Both the position numbers and the translations under genes were made by a program. A stretch of DNA of 32,690 bases from a virus: the UHGV virus genome UHGV-0100625, one strand, 5' to 3'. The notes beneath the pieces are model-generated. The model was not told the origin of the DNA and searched no databases. It was given only the letters and a program-made list of their open reading frames with translations. Of this stretch, positions 26,473 through 32,690 are shown piece by piece; within the stretch, counting starts at the first letter, position 1, and each line of letters begins with the position of its first letter.

Positions 26473-27366
26473 CTATCCGATAAAGGGTTGCAGCTTGTCA
26501 GGATTGGCCGCCAGCTTTTCCTTCTGCTTGTCATTCAGTTCGTGCCATCCCTTCACCTTGTCGCCGCTGGCCTTCGCAATGGCTGCGTTCAGTTGCTCTT
26601 CCGTACAGGAAAGAGCCTCCATCAGCCGGATATGGGGAGGGGGAACTTCTACGTCGCCTTTGCCGGGAACCTCCGCGTCTCCCAGCTGCCGCGGGGAGTC
26701 AGCAACCTTCTCGGCTTCAACAACGTCAACCTTGGGCATCTCCCTGGACTTGAACAGCGGCGGTTTAATATCCGGCTGGCTCTTGCCGGCCATGTCCTCC
26801 GCTTCCCCCTCCACGCTCAAGCCCAGCAACGCTTCCGGGCACTCCGTCCGGGCGAAAAAAGCCGCAGCACGGTACTTGTACATCTGTTCTGGCATCGTCT
26901 GCCACTTCTTCCCCCATCCTTCGGCCTTCACCATCTCCGGGGTAATCCAGGTTCCGTAAACATTCTGCCCCGTTTTCAGCTGGGCACACATTCTCACCCC
27001 CTTCTGAAAATCCTCTTCATTACGGTACTCGAACCAAGTCGCCGAAAACTTCGGGCAGATATTCACAAGAGCAATGGCAAACTGTCCGGACCAGGACGGG
27101 CGGTTCTGAACCACGTAAAGATTCTGCATGATCATCAAAGGGTCCATCCGCAGCCGCAGGGCTGTATTCAGGGCGATGAAGCAAGAACCGGGGTTATTCT
27201 GGTAGGTGGTCGGCACCATGCTGGAAGATGCAAGCATCTCGGCGGCCTGCTTCGCCATCTGGAACTGTTCACTGTTGGCAAACGCTCCCAGTACGGACAG
27301 TTGCTGTCCTTGCTCTTGTAAAGTCAGGGATTCTGTTGTAGGGGTATTCATGTTATTATTACTCAT
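26473..27366 (-). CDS. recT: RecT-family single-strand annealing protein
   Basis: 297 aa. The NPGSCFIALNTALRLRMDP region is typical of RecT. Lies immediately upstream of the exonuclease. Confidence 0.7.
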   Translation of the reverse strand: MSNNNMNTPTTESLTLQEQGQQLSVLGAFANSEQFQMAKQAAEMLASSSMVPTTYQNNPGSCFIALNTALRLRMDPLMIMQNLYVVQNRPSWSGQFAIALVNICPKFSATWFEYRNEEDFQKGVRMCAQLKTGQNVYGTWITPEMVKAEGWGKKWQTMPEQMYKYRAAAFFARTECPEALLGLSVEGEAEDMAGKSQPDIKPPLFKSREMPKVDVVEAEKVADSPRQLGDAEVPGKGDVEVPPPHIRLMEALSCTEEQLNAAIAKASGDKVKGWHELNDKQKEKLAANPDKLQPFIG

Positions 27367-27423
27367 GCTTGGGTTTTGGTAACAGGCCGGGTTCAGTTGC
27401 CGCTGACCCGGCTATTTTGTTAA

Positions 27424-27819
27424 TCAGTTAAAAAAGGTTCTAATCAGAAGGAAGAAGACAAATAAGATAAATCCTCCTGCCAAGACGATCAGAGACCACA
27501 CGAAAAAGGCCATGAACTTTTCAAAGAGCCTTTCTATCCAGAAGGCTTTGGGCTTGGCTTCTTGGGTGTAGTTCCAGCTCCGTTCCGCGTCGTCCGGGAT
27601 GCCGTTTAACCGTTCCCGGGCGCACAAAGGGCACAGAAAGCGCGCGGTGAAGACGCCGTCCTGATGGTCTCCTACCAGGGACATCCATGATGTCGAGGCT
27701 TTCAGCGGTGCCGCGCACATGTAGCAGCGCGTCGTCTTTGCGGGGTGCGGGTTGTTGGTGATCGTTTCCACCATCCCCTTGAAGGGGCCCCGGTCGATCA
27801 GGTGTTGATACGTAGTCAT
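27424..27819 (-). CDS. zinc-ribbon protein with C-terminal TM anchor
   Basis: CYMC...CPLC pairs, then hydrophobic FFVWSLIVLAGGFILFVFFLLI. ATGA overlap with the upstream gene at 27819-27816. Confidence 0.45.
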   Translation of the reverse strand: MTTYQHLIDRGPFKGMVETITNNPHPAKTTRCYMCAAPLKASTSWMSLVGDHQDGVFTARFLCPLCARERLNGIPDDAERSWNYTQEAKPKAFWIERLFEKFMAFFVWSLIVLAGGFILFVFFLLIRTFFN

Positions 27820-28187
27820 GATTTTTGGATTCCTCTTATTTTTTCCATATAGGCATCTACATCGGACACCAGGAAAGTAGTTATAGCTCCGCGATTTTTA
27901 CTGTTGCCAGGCCCTCCTAACTTCTTGATGGCTCCTTCTTTCACTCCGCGCTGAAGAATGGGAATGATGCCTTGTTCAGTTTTGAAATTGAATCTTTTGG
28001 CCAGAGTGGAAGCCCGGGCATACTTCACTTCATCGGCATCGGATGAATGAGTTGGAGCCTTTTCAGGAGATTCCAGATCCGGGTTTCTCGCCAACTCATC
28101 CAATGCCTGGGAAAGTGTCTTGATTGTGTCCGCTTGTGCGTCCAAGGCCCTTTTTAAGCACAACATTGTTTTTGTGTAATTGCCCAT
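27816..28187 (-). CDS. putative DNA-binding protein (coiled-coil N-terminus plus excisionase/AlpA-like HTH C-terminus)
   Basis: C-terminus KYARASTLAKRFNFKTEQGIIPILQRGVKEGAIKKLGG...TTFLVSDVDAYM fits an Xis/AlpA-type winged-helix pattern. Confidence 0.35.
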   Translation of the reverse strand: MGNYTKTMLCLKRALDAQADTIKTLSQALDELARNPDLESPEKAPTHSSDADEVKYARASTLAKRFNFKTEQGIIPILQRGVKEGAIKKLGGPGNSKNRGAITTFLVSDVDAYMEKIRGIQKS

Positions 28188-28332
28188 ATTTAGCTTCTGT
28201 TGATTGTTAAATGGCCGCCCGGACGGGATTTAATCCCCGCGCCTGCCAGACCGTATTTCTCTATCTACCGTTTTTTCGATTTGTGTTTTGGTTTTAGGCC
28301 CCACCTGGGCCGGGCGATTGGTTAAAATTCGT

Positions 28333-28500
28333 TTAGTCGTCGTAGTGTCCGTCCGGGTTGTAGCATTGGGGAGCGTGGTCAAAATCCCACTCGTCAATGG
28401 CCTGCTCTATCTGCTCCAGGAGTCCAACCGCGACGCCGTAGGAAATAGGTTCGCCGTCCACCCGGATGCACCGGTCTTCGTCGTCGTATTCAATGGTCAT
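28333..28500 (-). CDS. small acidic hypothetical protein
   Basis: 55-aa ORF below the track cutoff: MTIEYDDEDRCIRVDGEPISYGVAVGLLEQIEQAIDEWDFDHAPQCYNPDGHYDD. GC-rich. Its start overlaps the upstream stop by 11 nt. Confidence 0.3.
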   Translation of the reverse strand: MTIEYDDEDRCIRVDGEPISYGVAVGLLEQIEQAIDEWDFDHAPQCYNPDGHYDD

Positions 28501-28798
28501 TGTTTTCGGAGGGTTGAGATTTAATCACCAGGTCGGAAAACTCGTCTACCGGCTCGGAGGGAAATAATGCGCCGGGTTTACATTCAAGGCTCAACCCAAG
28601 CAGACGCCGGGCTATGTAAATTGCCCCTGCGTATTTCGCTCGAAAAATCTTATCTTCGGAGTCGGAAGACAAGTAATACGGAGAGGCATCCTTGCGAGTT
28701 TCGACTTTAAGAACTTTATCCAGCTCAATGAGCAGGTCGACTATGCTTTTATTCTTATCCATGATAACTTCAATTTCTGTTGATTGTTCTTTAGTCAT
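28490..28798 (-). CDS. hypothetical protein (low-GC)
   Basis: 102-aa ORF, in operon, no motif. Confidence 0.35.
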   Translation of the reverse strand: MTKEQSTEIEVIMDKNKSIVDLLIELDKVLKVETRKDASPYYLSSDSEDKIFRAKYAGAIYIARRLLGLSLECKPGALFPSEPVDEFSDLVIKSQPSENNDH

Positions 28799-28800
28799 AA

Positions 28801-29139
28801 TTAGTTTTCCCCTACAATTTGATTTACCATCCAGCTATGGAAAGAAATATCTCCTTTATTTAACTTAGGTTCGTCTTGGTGCCATGTCCACAGACCGCAG
28901 CATTCTCCCGGAAAAGCTGGTTCAAGATCATCTGTACTGTACCAAGCGTTATGCCAATCAGGACAAACATGACCTATCGATATCTGATCCCCTTTTATTT
29001 TTCCGACCGATCCTAATAGTTTTTTAGTTCTTTTGTGTCTGACAATTTGGCCTGGAAATATCCCGTCAACATTGTTAACCAACGCAAAATGATGCCGATT
29101 CCTATAAGGAATTTCTTTTAATTCGTGAGGTAAATCCAT
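28801..29139 (-). CDS. hypothetical protein (low-GC)
   Basis: 112-aa ORF. ATG at 29139 checked. No motif. Confidence 0.35.
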   Translation of the reverse strand: MDLPHELKEIPYRNRHHFALVNNVDGIFPGQIVRHKRTKKLLGSVGKIKGDQISIGHVCPDWHNAWYSTDDLEPAFPGECCGLWTWHQDEPKLNKGDISFHSWMVNQIVGEN

Positions 29140-29241
29140 TTTCTTTATATTGGTTTATTGTTTAACGTCCATCTAAATTTGATATGATAAGCATCAAAAA
29201 AACGATAATGCCGCCCAGAAGAATTAGAAGCACGTCACCAT

Positions 29242-29517
29242 TCATAACTCGTTATTATTTTTAACCTTCGTCCTGGTGATTCTCGTCGTTCCTGATATAA
29301 AGAGTTCCTCGCCGTTTGGCTTAATAATCCGGTATCCATGCCTCTTTGATCTATCCACGCACTCGGAGTCGTTCGTTGAAAAATAATCGTCGAGAATACC
29401 TGGCTGTTCGATCTTAATAATCCAATCCTCATTTCCTTCTGAAATGTAGTCATGAGGACGTGGGTTACAGGCGCACAGAACAAGCCCGGACAAGACGAGG
29501 GCGACCAGCGCTTTCAC
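29242..29517 (-). CDS. secreted/lipoprotein (candidate superinfection-exclusion moron)
   Basis: MKALVALVLSGLVLCAC signal peptide with Cys. GTG start with strong SD GAAAGGAGG. GTGA overlap with the xis-like stop. Confidence 0.5.
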   Translation of the reverse strand: MKALVALVLSGLVLCACNPRPHDYISEGNEDWIIKIEQPGILDDYFSTNDSECVDRSKRHGYRIIKPNGEELFISGTTRITRTKVKNNNEL

Positions 29518-29729
29518 TTCTTGCCTCCTTTCTTCAAAAATTCTTGAGTTCTTTTCTCAAGCCATGCCGTTACATCGTCAAGTTTGTAACGCGGATTTGA
29601 TCCCTTCTTCCCCATCCCCAGGCCAAAATAGACGCGGGGGCAACCTTCCTTGTTGAATTGAACTAGCGTTCCCTTGCTAATTTTCAGGGCTTTGCGTAAT
29701 TCTTCGCTGGTAAGGTATATTGTCTTCAT
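29514..29729 (-). CDS. excisionase/AlpA-family DNA-binding protein
   Basis: LTSEELRKALKISKGTLVQFNKEGCPRVYFGL....RYKLDDVTAWLEKR matches the Xis/AlpA winged-helix pattern. Confidence 0.55.
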   Translation of the reverse strand: MKTIYLTSEELRKALKISKGTLVQFNKEGCPRVYFGLGMGKKGSNPRYKLDDVTAWLEKRTQEFLKKGGKK

Positions 29730-29800
29730 GTGTTTTTCTTGTTTATCTTTGATGTTAACGCTATTGCCTTTATTTCCGTTTAAGTCTATCCTCTGCGTTC

Positions 29801-30286
29801 ATGATTTTTTTCCAATACTTGGCAGAACTGCTTAAATTCGCTTGCAATTATGCAGGCATAATCTTTTCCGCAACAGGTGTTTATCTTTTCGCTCCTCAAA
29901 GCGTTCTTGAGGCCCTGCATATCAGCTATGCGGATCATGATTACCGCGATATTGCGGGGTACGTGTTCCTTTTTTCCGGATGCGCCCTGCTGGAAAGGGT
30001 TTGGAATATAATCAAATCCTCTTACGCCGAGGCAAAATCCCGTAAAAAGGTGATCAAGCGTCTCCATGCTCTCACTCCAAAAGAGAAAGATGTTCTTCTC
30101 AGATATATCTTCTTCGATACCCGCACACAGAGATTTGATGATAGGGATGGTATCGTAAATGGTCTGATAGCAGCCGGCATTCTTATTCGGCACTCCTTTT
30201 ATGGAAGCATTGTGACCGGGTTTGACGTCAACATCACCGATGTTGCCTGGGATTATCTCAAAAAGAATCCCCACTTGCTGAGCTAA
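29801..30286 (+). CDS. membrane protein, possibly SieB-like superinfection exclusion; mutually exclusive with the antisense ORF 29786..30295(-)
   Basis: 161-aa plus-strand ORF with two hydrophobic N-terminal segments and a soluble C-terminus. Purine-rich first codon positions. It would be divergent from xis. The fully overlapping minus-strand 169-aa ORF starts 3 nt after the RHH stop and has palindromic operators upstream, so the strand call is unresolved. Confidence 0.4.
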   Translation: MIFFQYLAELLKFACNYAGIIFSATGVYLFAPQSVLEALHISYADHDYRDIAGYVFLFSGCALLERVWNIIKSSYAEAKSRKKVIKRLHALTPKEKDVLLRYIFFDTRTQRFDDRDGIVNGLIAAGILIRHSFYGSIVTGFDVNITDVAWDYLKKNPHLLS

Positions 30287-30297
30287 GTAATCCATGT

Positions 30298-30534
30298 TTA
30301 TCGGTTGGCGGTTTCGGGGTTCTTTACAGGTGGTTCACCACCTATAGATAAAAAAACTCCCTTCTTTTTGATTCTCTTTTTTAGAGGTGGTTCACCACCC
30401 GCGAGTAAAAAAACTACTTGCCCGGAAACTGATCTTTGTTCTTTCCGCGCAATCAATTTTATTTGCTCAAATAAGTCAATAGGGAGGTTAATTGTTATTT
30501 GCTTTTTCTCGTATTTCTCGGGCGATGTTTTCAT
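30298..30534 (-). CDS. ribbon-helix-helix (CopG/Arc-like) regulator with repeat-encoded tail
   Basis: KKQITINLPIDLFEQIKLIARKEQRSVSGQVVFLL is an RHH motif. The C-terminal GGEPP repeats are encoded by the palindromic operator copies. ATG at 30534 checked. Confidence 0.45.
   Translation of the reverse strand: MKTSPEKYEKKQITINLPIDLFEQIKLIARKEQRSVSGQVVFLLAGGEPPLKKRIKKKGVFLSIGGEPPVKNPETANR
30328..30398. promoter_or_regulatory. operator-like palindromes GGTGGTTCACCACC x2 (30328-30341, 30385-30398), each within a ~33-bp direct repeat unit
   Basis: Exact 14-mer with perfect 6-bp arms. Both copies are followed by n5-6 TAAAAAAACT. The period is 57 bp. Confidence 0.45.
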
Positions 30535-30919
30535 AATCTTCGGGTGTAAGGATTACGTTTTGAGTTTGTTGAACTAAATAAGCGGTAATGATTTCAGTCA
30601 TCGTCATATTCAGTTCTTTTGCTCTCTTTTGAAATTTTCGGAAGAGGACGATGGGGATCCATACTGAAATCTGTTTTTTGTCTATCTTCCGTTGACTTGG
30701 CATGCGCTCAACATAATCGGTGGTTAACCACCAGTCAACACTATTTTTCATCTTTTTTACATTTTTTTCATCCAGCATCATTCCGGATCTCCTTCCTAAT
30801 TTTTTTTCATCATTAGAATTAAGCGCGTAATGTAGATAAGTAGACACATCTACATTGATATGCACACCTAAGGAATCTTTGATCGCCGAACGAGGAAACG
30901 AGGAGATTGACGAGTTCAT
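30488..30919 (-). CDS. ribbon-helix-helix regulator (C-terminal RHH; possibly a shorter product from the ATG at 30703)
   Basis: KKQISVWIPIVLFRKFQKRAKELNMTMTEIITAYL is an RHH motif. Palindrome copy 3 sits 16-29 nt upstream of the internal ATG at 30703. Confidence 0.45.
   Translation of the reverse strand: MNSSISSFPRSAIKDSLGVHINVDVSTYLHYALNSNDEKKLGRRSGMMLDEKNVKKMKNSVDWWLTTDYVERMPSQRKIDKKQISVWIPIVLFRKFQKRAKELNMTMTEIITAYLVQQTQNVILTPEDYENIAREIREKANNN
30719..30732. promoter_or_regulatory. operator-like perfect palindrome GGTGGTTAACCACC (third copy)
   Basis: Perfect 14-bp palindrome identical in its arms to the two copies at 30328 and 30385. Confidence 0.45.
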
Positions 30920-31062
30920 TTCTTCTTCTCATCCTTTTGAGTGATGTTTCGCAAGATCCTCTTTGTGGTTCGCCGGCAACCCTCCACAATGCCAAGGCCG
31001 AAACAAACGAACCCGAACATCACAGCCAGCAAGAAAAACACAAGCATCACGTTACCCGACAT
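30916..31062 (-). CDS. small membrane peptide (first gene of the leftward early operon)
   Basis: 47-aa ORF: MSGNVMLVFFLLAVMFGFVCFGLGIVEGCRRTTKRILRNITQKDEKKK. ATGA overlap with the downstream RHH ORF at 30919-30916. Below the track cutoff. Confidence 0.3.
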   Translation of the reverse strand: MSGNVMLVFFLLAVMFGFVCFGLGIVEGCRRTTKRILRNITQKDEKKK

Positions 31063-31127
31063 TGACGTAACCCTTTCTTGCTGAAAATTTATCTCCTAAT
31101 ACACTAATATTTAGTGCGTTATAATGC

Positions 31128-31141
31128 GGGGGGGGGGGGGG
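31128..31141. repeat. G14 homopolymeric tract (C14 on the minus strand)
   Basis: 14 consecutive G starting 2 nt after a perfect TATAAT (31120-31125). Intergenic. Confidence 0.9.
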
Positions 31142-31198
31142 AAATTTTTCCTGTTTTTTCATGAGATTTGAAGCCTTGTGGCTCCGTTAAGACGATTT

Positions 31199-31236
31199 GT
31201 CATGACTTTCGCGTTCAGAGGATGACAAGTCATGAC
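31199..31236. promoter_or_regulatory. two copies of the palindrome GTCATGAC (31199-31206, 31229-31236) within GTCATGACnTTC direct repeats
   Basis: Exact 8-bp palindromes 30 bp apart. TGACAAGTCA sits between them. Confidence 0.35.
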
Positions 31237-31329
31237 ATTCCCTCATTCGAGGTTCCAAGATTGACGACCGCCGAAAATGTGATATAAAAGTGCTTTCCTG
31301 AATAAGGATCCTTTCTATTCATTCTTTTT

Positions 31330-31362
31330 CCGCCTGCGTCGGGAGACGCGGGCGGTTTTTTT
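31330..31362 (+). terminator. strong rho-independent terminator (plus-strand orientation)
   Basis: CCGCCTGCGTC-GGGA-GACGCGGGCGG forms an 11-bp stem with one G-U pair, followed by TTTTTTT. It lies just 3' of the int stop on the opposite strand. Confidence 0.55.
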
Positions 31363-31370
31363 CGACGGGA

Positions 31371-32567
31371 TTACAAAATAATCTTGCTTGAGATTTCTTC
31401 CATGGCGTGAACCACATCCTGTGAATCAGGGCGGAAATAAACCCGCTCTATCTCTTCGGAATCATGCCCCACGATGAATCGGCACAAATCCGCAGGTACT
31501 CCAGCCAATCTTAAAATCGTTACTGCTGTGGCCCGCAAACTGTGAAAGCTTTTCTCGGATAGAACACGCTTATCACCTTTCGCTTTCATTCCATCCGAGG
31601 AAATGATGCCATGTTTTTTCAAAAGCCCTGTAAATTCGAGAGACAACTTGCTGGACTTCCCGCCCGCTTGAGCATGTTTCATTGCTGCCAATGGGAATAC
31701 AAATTCATTGATAGAATACTTTTCCCTTTCTTTCAGAATCTCTTTCAGAGGTCCAATGATGGGCTTGTTCATGCGCCGCTTGGTTTTCTGGGTAGTCATG
31801 GAGATCAGGCCGCCCTCCAGATTTACTTGATCCCATTTAAGCGTTGCAATATCTCCCAGCCTCTGGCCTCCGGTGTAAAGACAAACCCTTATCATGTCCG
31901 GCCATTCGTCCGGCAAAATCTCTACAAGCCTTTTGACTTCTTCTACAGTGAAAGCCCCCCGTTCCTGCTTATCAGCCTGTTTCTTTTTCTTGTCCAGCCT
32001 TGCCCCTCTAAAAGGATTTGAGCTAATCAATTCTTTTTCAACGGCCTGATTAAAAGCACATGATAGAGATTCAAGGTATCTGGATACTGTACCCGATGAA
32101 ACACGCTCCATTTCTACCTCGGAAAACTCCCTGACAACGTTTTTGTTCACAGACGAGATTGATTGTCCCCCATCATTTCCTAAAAAGGAAATAAACTGCT
32201 GGATTGCCTTTCGGTCCCGTTCATAGGCCTGAATCTTACCCGATCTTGATTGCAGCCATTCCTTCAAATAGGCGCCAACACTCACCACCTTTCTTCCAAG
32301 GCTGAATGACTGGATATCTCCCCCCGCTATCGCTTTAAGACGATTCGAGTCTACGAAGCCCGTCTTATATCCGTTTTCCAGTTCTTCAGCAATAAGGCGA
32401 GCCCTGGCTTCATTTTGAGACAGCAACGCTCTTTTATTGACGCCGGGAGGAATAACCTTTGGAACAACGTCAACGCGGGTTGTTTTTCTGATCTCTTTGC
32501 CGTCCAGGGTTCGGAAGACGGCAACCCATTTGTTATTTCTCTTGATGATTCCTGCCATGCTGTACAT
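31371..32567 (-). CDS. int: tyrosine recombinase / phage integrase
   Basis: 398 aa. C-terminal catalytic region HSLRATAVTILRLAGVPADLCRFIVGHDSEEIERVYFR carries the R...H-x-x-R...Y signature. The N-terminus has the SAM-like DNA-binding pattern. Confidence 0.9.
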   Translation of the reverse strand: MYSMAGIIKRNNKWVAVFRTLDGKEIRKTTRVDVVPKVIPPGVNKRALLSQNEARARLIAEELENGYKTGFVDSNRLKAIAGGDIQSFSLGRKVVSVGAYLKEWLQSRSGKIQAYERDRKAIQQFISFLGNDGGQSISSVNKNVVREFSEVEMERVSSGTVSRYLESLSCAFNQAVEKELISSNPFRGARLDKKKKQADKQERGAFTVEEVKRLVEILPDEWPDMIRVCLYTGGQRLGDIATLKWDQVNLEGGLISMTTQKTKRRMNKPIIGPLKEILKEREKYSINEFVFPLAAMKHAQAGGKSSKLSLEFTGLLKKHGIISSDGMKAKGDKRVLSEKSFHSLRATAVTILRLAGVPADLCRFIVGHDSEEIERVYFRPDSQDVVHAMEEISSKIIL

Positions 32568-32600
32568 TTTTTATATCATGTACAGCTCCATGTACAGGAA

Positions 32601-32622
32601 GCTTTACATAAACCACAATAAA
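32601..32622. repeat. 22-bp direct repeat copy 1 GCTTTACATAAACCACAATAAA (putative att core/arm site)
   Basis: Exact repeat of 32662-32683. Confidence 0.8.
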
Positions 32623-32643
32623 CTGGAATGCCCGAAAATAAAA

Positions 32644-32666
32644 AAAGCCTGATAAAATCAGGCTTT
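32644..32666 (-). terminator. rho-independent terminator between the two direct repeats (stronger on the minus strand)
   Basis: On the minus strand, AAGCCUGA-UUUUA-UCAGGCUU is followed by UUUUUUUAUUUU. On the plus strand it is followed by only TTT. It would stop leftward transcription entering from the right flank. Confidence 0.5.
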
Positions 32667-32683
32667 ACATAAACCACAATAAA
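32662..32683. repeat. 22-bp direct repeat copy 2 GCTTTACATAAACCACAATAAA
   Basis: Exact repeat of 32601-32622. It begins inside the 3' arm of the hairpin. Confidence 0.8.
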
Positions 32684-32690
32684 AGAAAAC

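Noticed and set aside
30328-30398. GGTGGTTCACCACC copies as rho-independent terminators of the plus-strand SieB-like ORF
   Set aside because: A 6-bp stem with a 2-nt spacer cannot form a stable hairpin loop, and no T-tract follows. Three dispersed identical copies fit protein-binding operators better.
31142-31330. Small plus-strand protein-coding genes in the int-proximal intergenic region
   Set aside because: The longest ATG-initiated ORFs are 9-21 aa with no RBS. The region is better explained as non-coding regulatory sequence or RNA.
32568-32690. tRNA or tmRNA 3' end as integration target at the right boundary
   Set aside because: No T-loop (GTTCGAAT-like) or acceptor-stem/CCA structure can be drawn in the available 120 nt. 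Only a terminator hairpin and direct repeats are present. Any tRNA would lie beyond the window.

Overview
Almost the whole window is one temperate prophage of about 32.5 kb, transcribed on the minus strand from a tyrosine integrase at the right edge (31371-32567) down to a GT2 glycosyltransferase at the left edge (114-869). No rRNA, tRNA or CRISPR array was seen. Gene order, right to left:
- Early/immunity region: two tandem ribbon-helix-helix (RHH) regulators, an AlpA/Xis-like excisionase, a lipoprotein and small low-GC accessory genes (morons).
- Recombination module: RecT, a Cas4-like PD-(D/E)XK exonuclease and a RusA resolvase.
- Accessory and replication genes: an ASCH protein, a Dam N6-adenine methylase, a small Hjc/VRR-NUC-like nuclease and a DUF1376 (YdaU-like) replication protein.
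- Packaging and head: TerS, TerL, a Mu gp29-like portal, a Mu-I-like protease/scaffold and a lambda-E-like major capsid protein.
- Tail, fibre and lysis: several small virion proteins; a collagen-like fibre; a lysis cassette (Amidase_3 endolysin plus small membrane proteins) embedded mid-operon; a 504-aa structural protein with two BACON/Ig-like repeats; a chaperone; a tape-measure-like protein; a 714-aa distal tail protein.
The backbone is about 60% GC with Shine-Dalgarno-led, often ATGA-overlapping genes. Four low-GC islands interrupt it (about 3060-5100, 24100-24860, 28200-31100 and the left flank).

The non-coding signals most worth follow-up:
- Three copies of a 14-bp palindrome, GGTGGTT(C/A)ACCACC, around the RHH genes.
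- A G14 homopolymer next to a perfect TATAAT, two GTCATGAC palindromes and a strong intrinsic terminator in the int-proximal intergenic region.
- Iteron-like CCAACGTTGG repeats inside the replication gene, a candidate ori.
- Two exact 22-bp direct repeats flanking a terminator at the right boundary, a putative att/junction.
- A chimeric GC/AT composition within the tape-measure-like gene.
- A protein-like in-frame 5' extension of the portal ORF with an A6 tract, suggesting a frameshift or indel.

ORF coordinates are maximal ORFs from the supplied track; true starts are uncertain unless noted as checked against the sequence.
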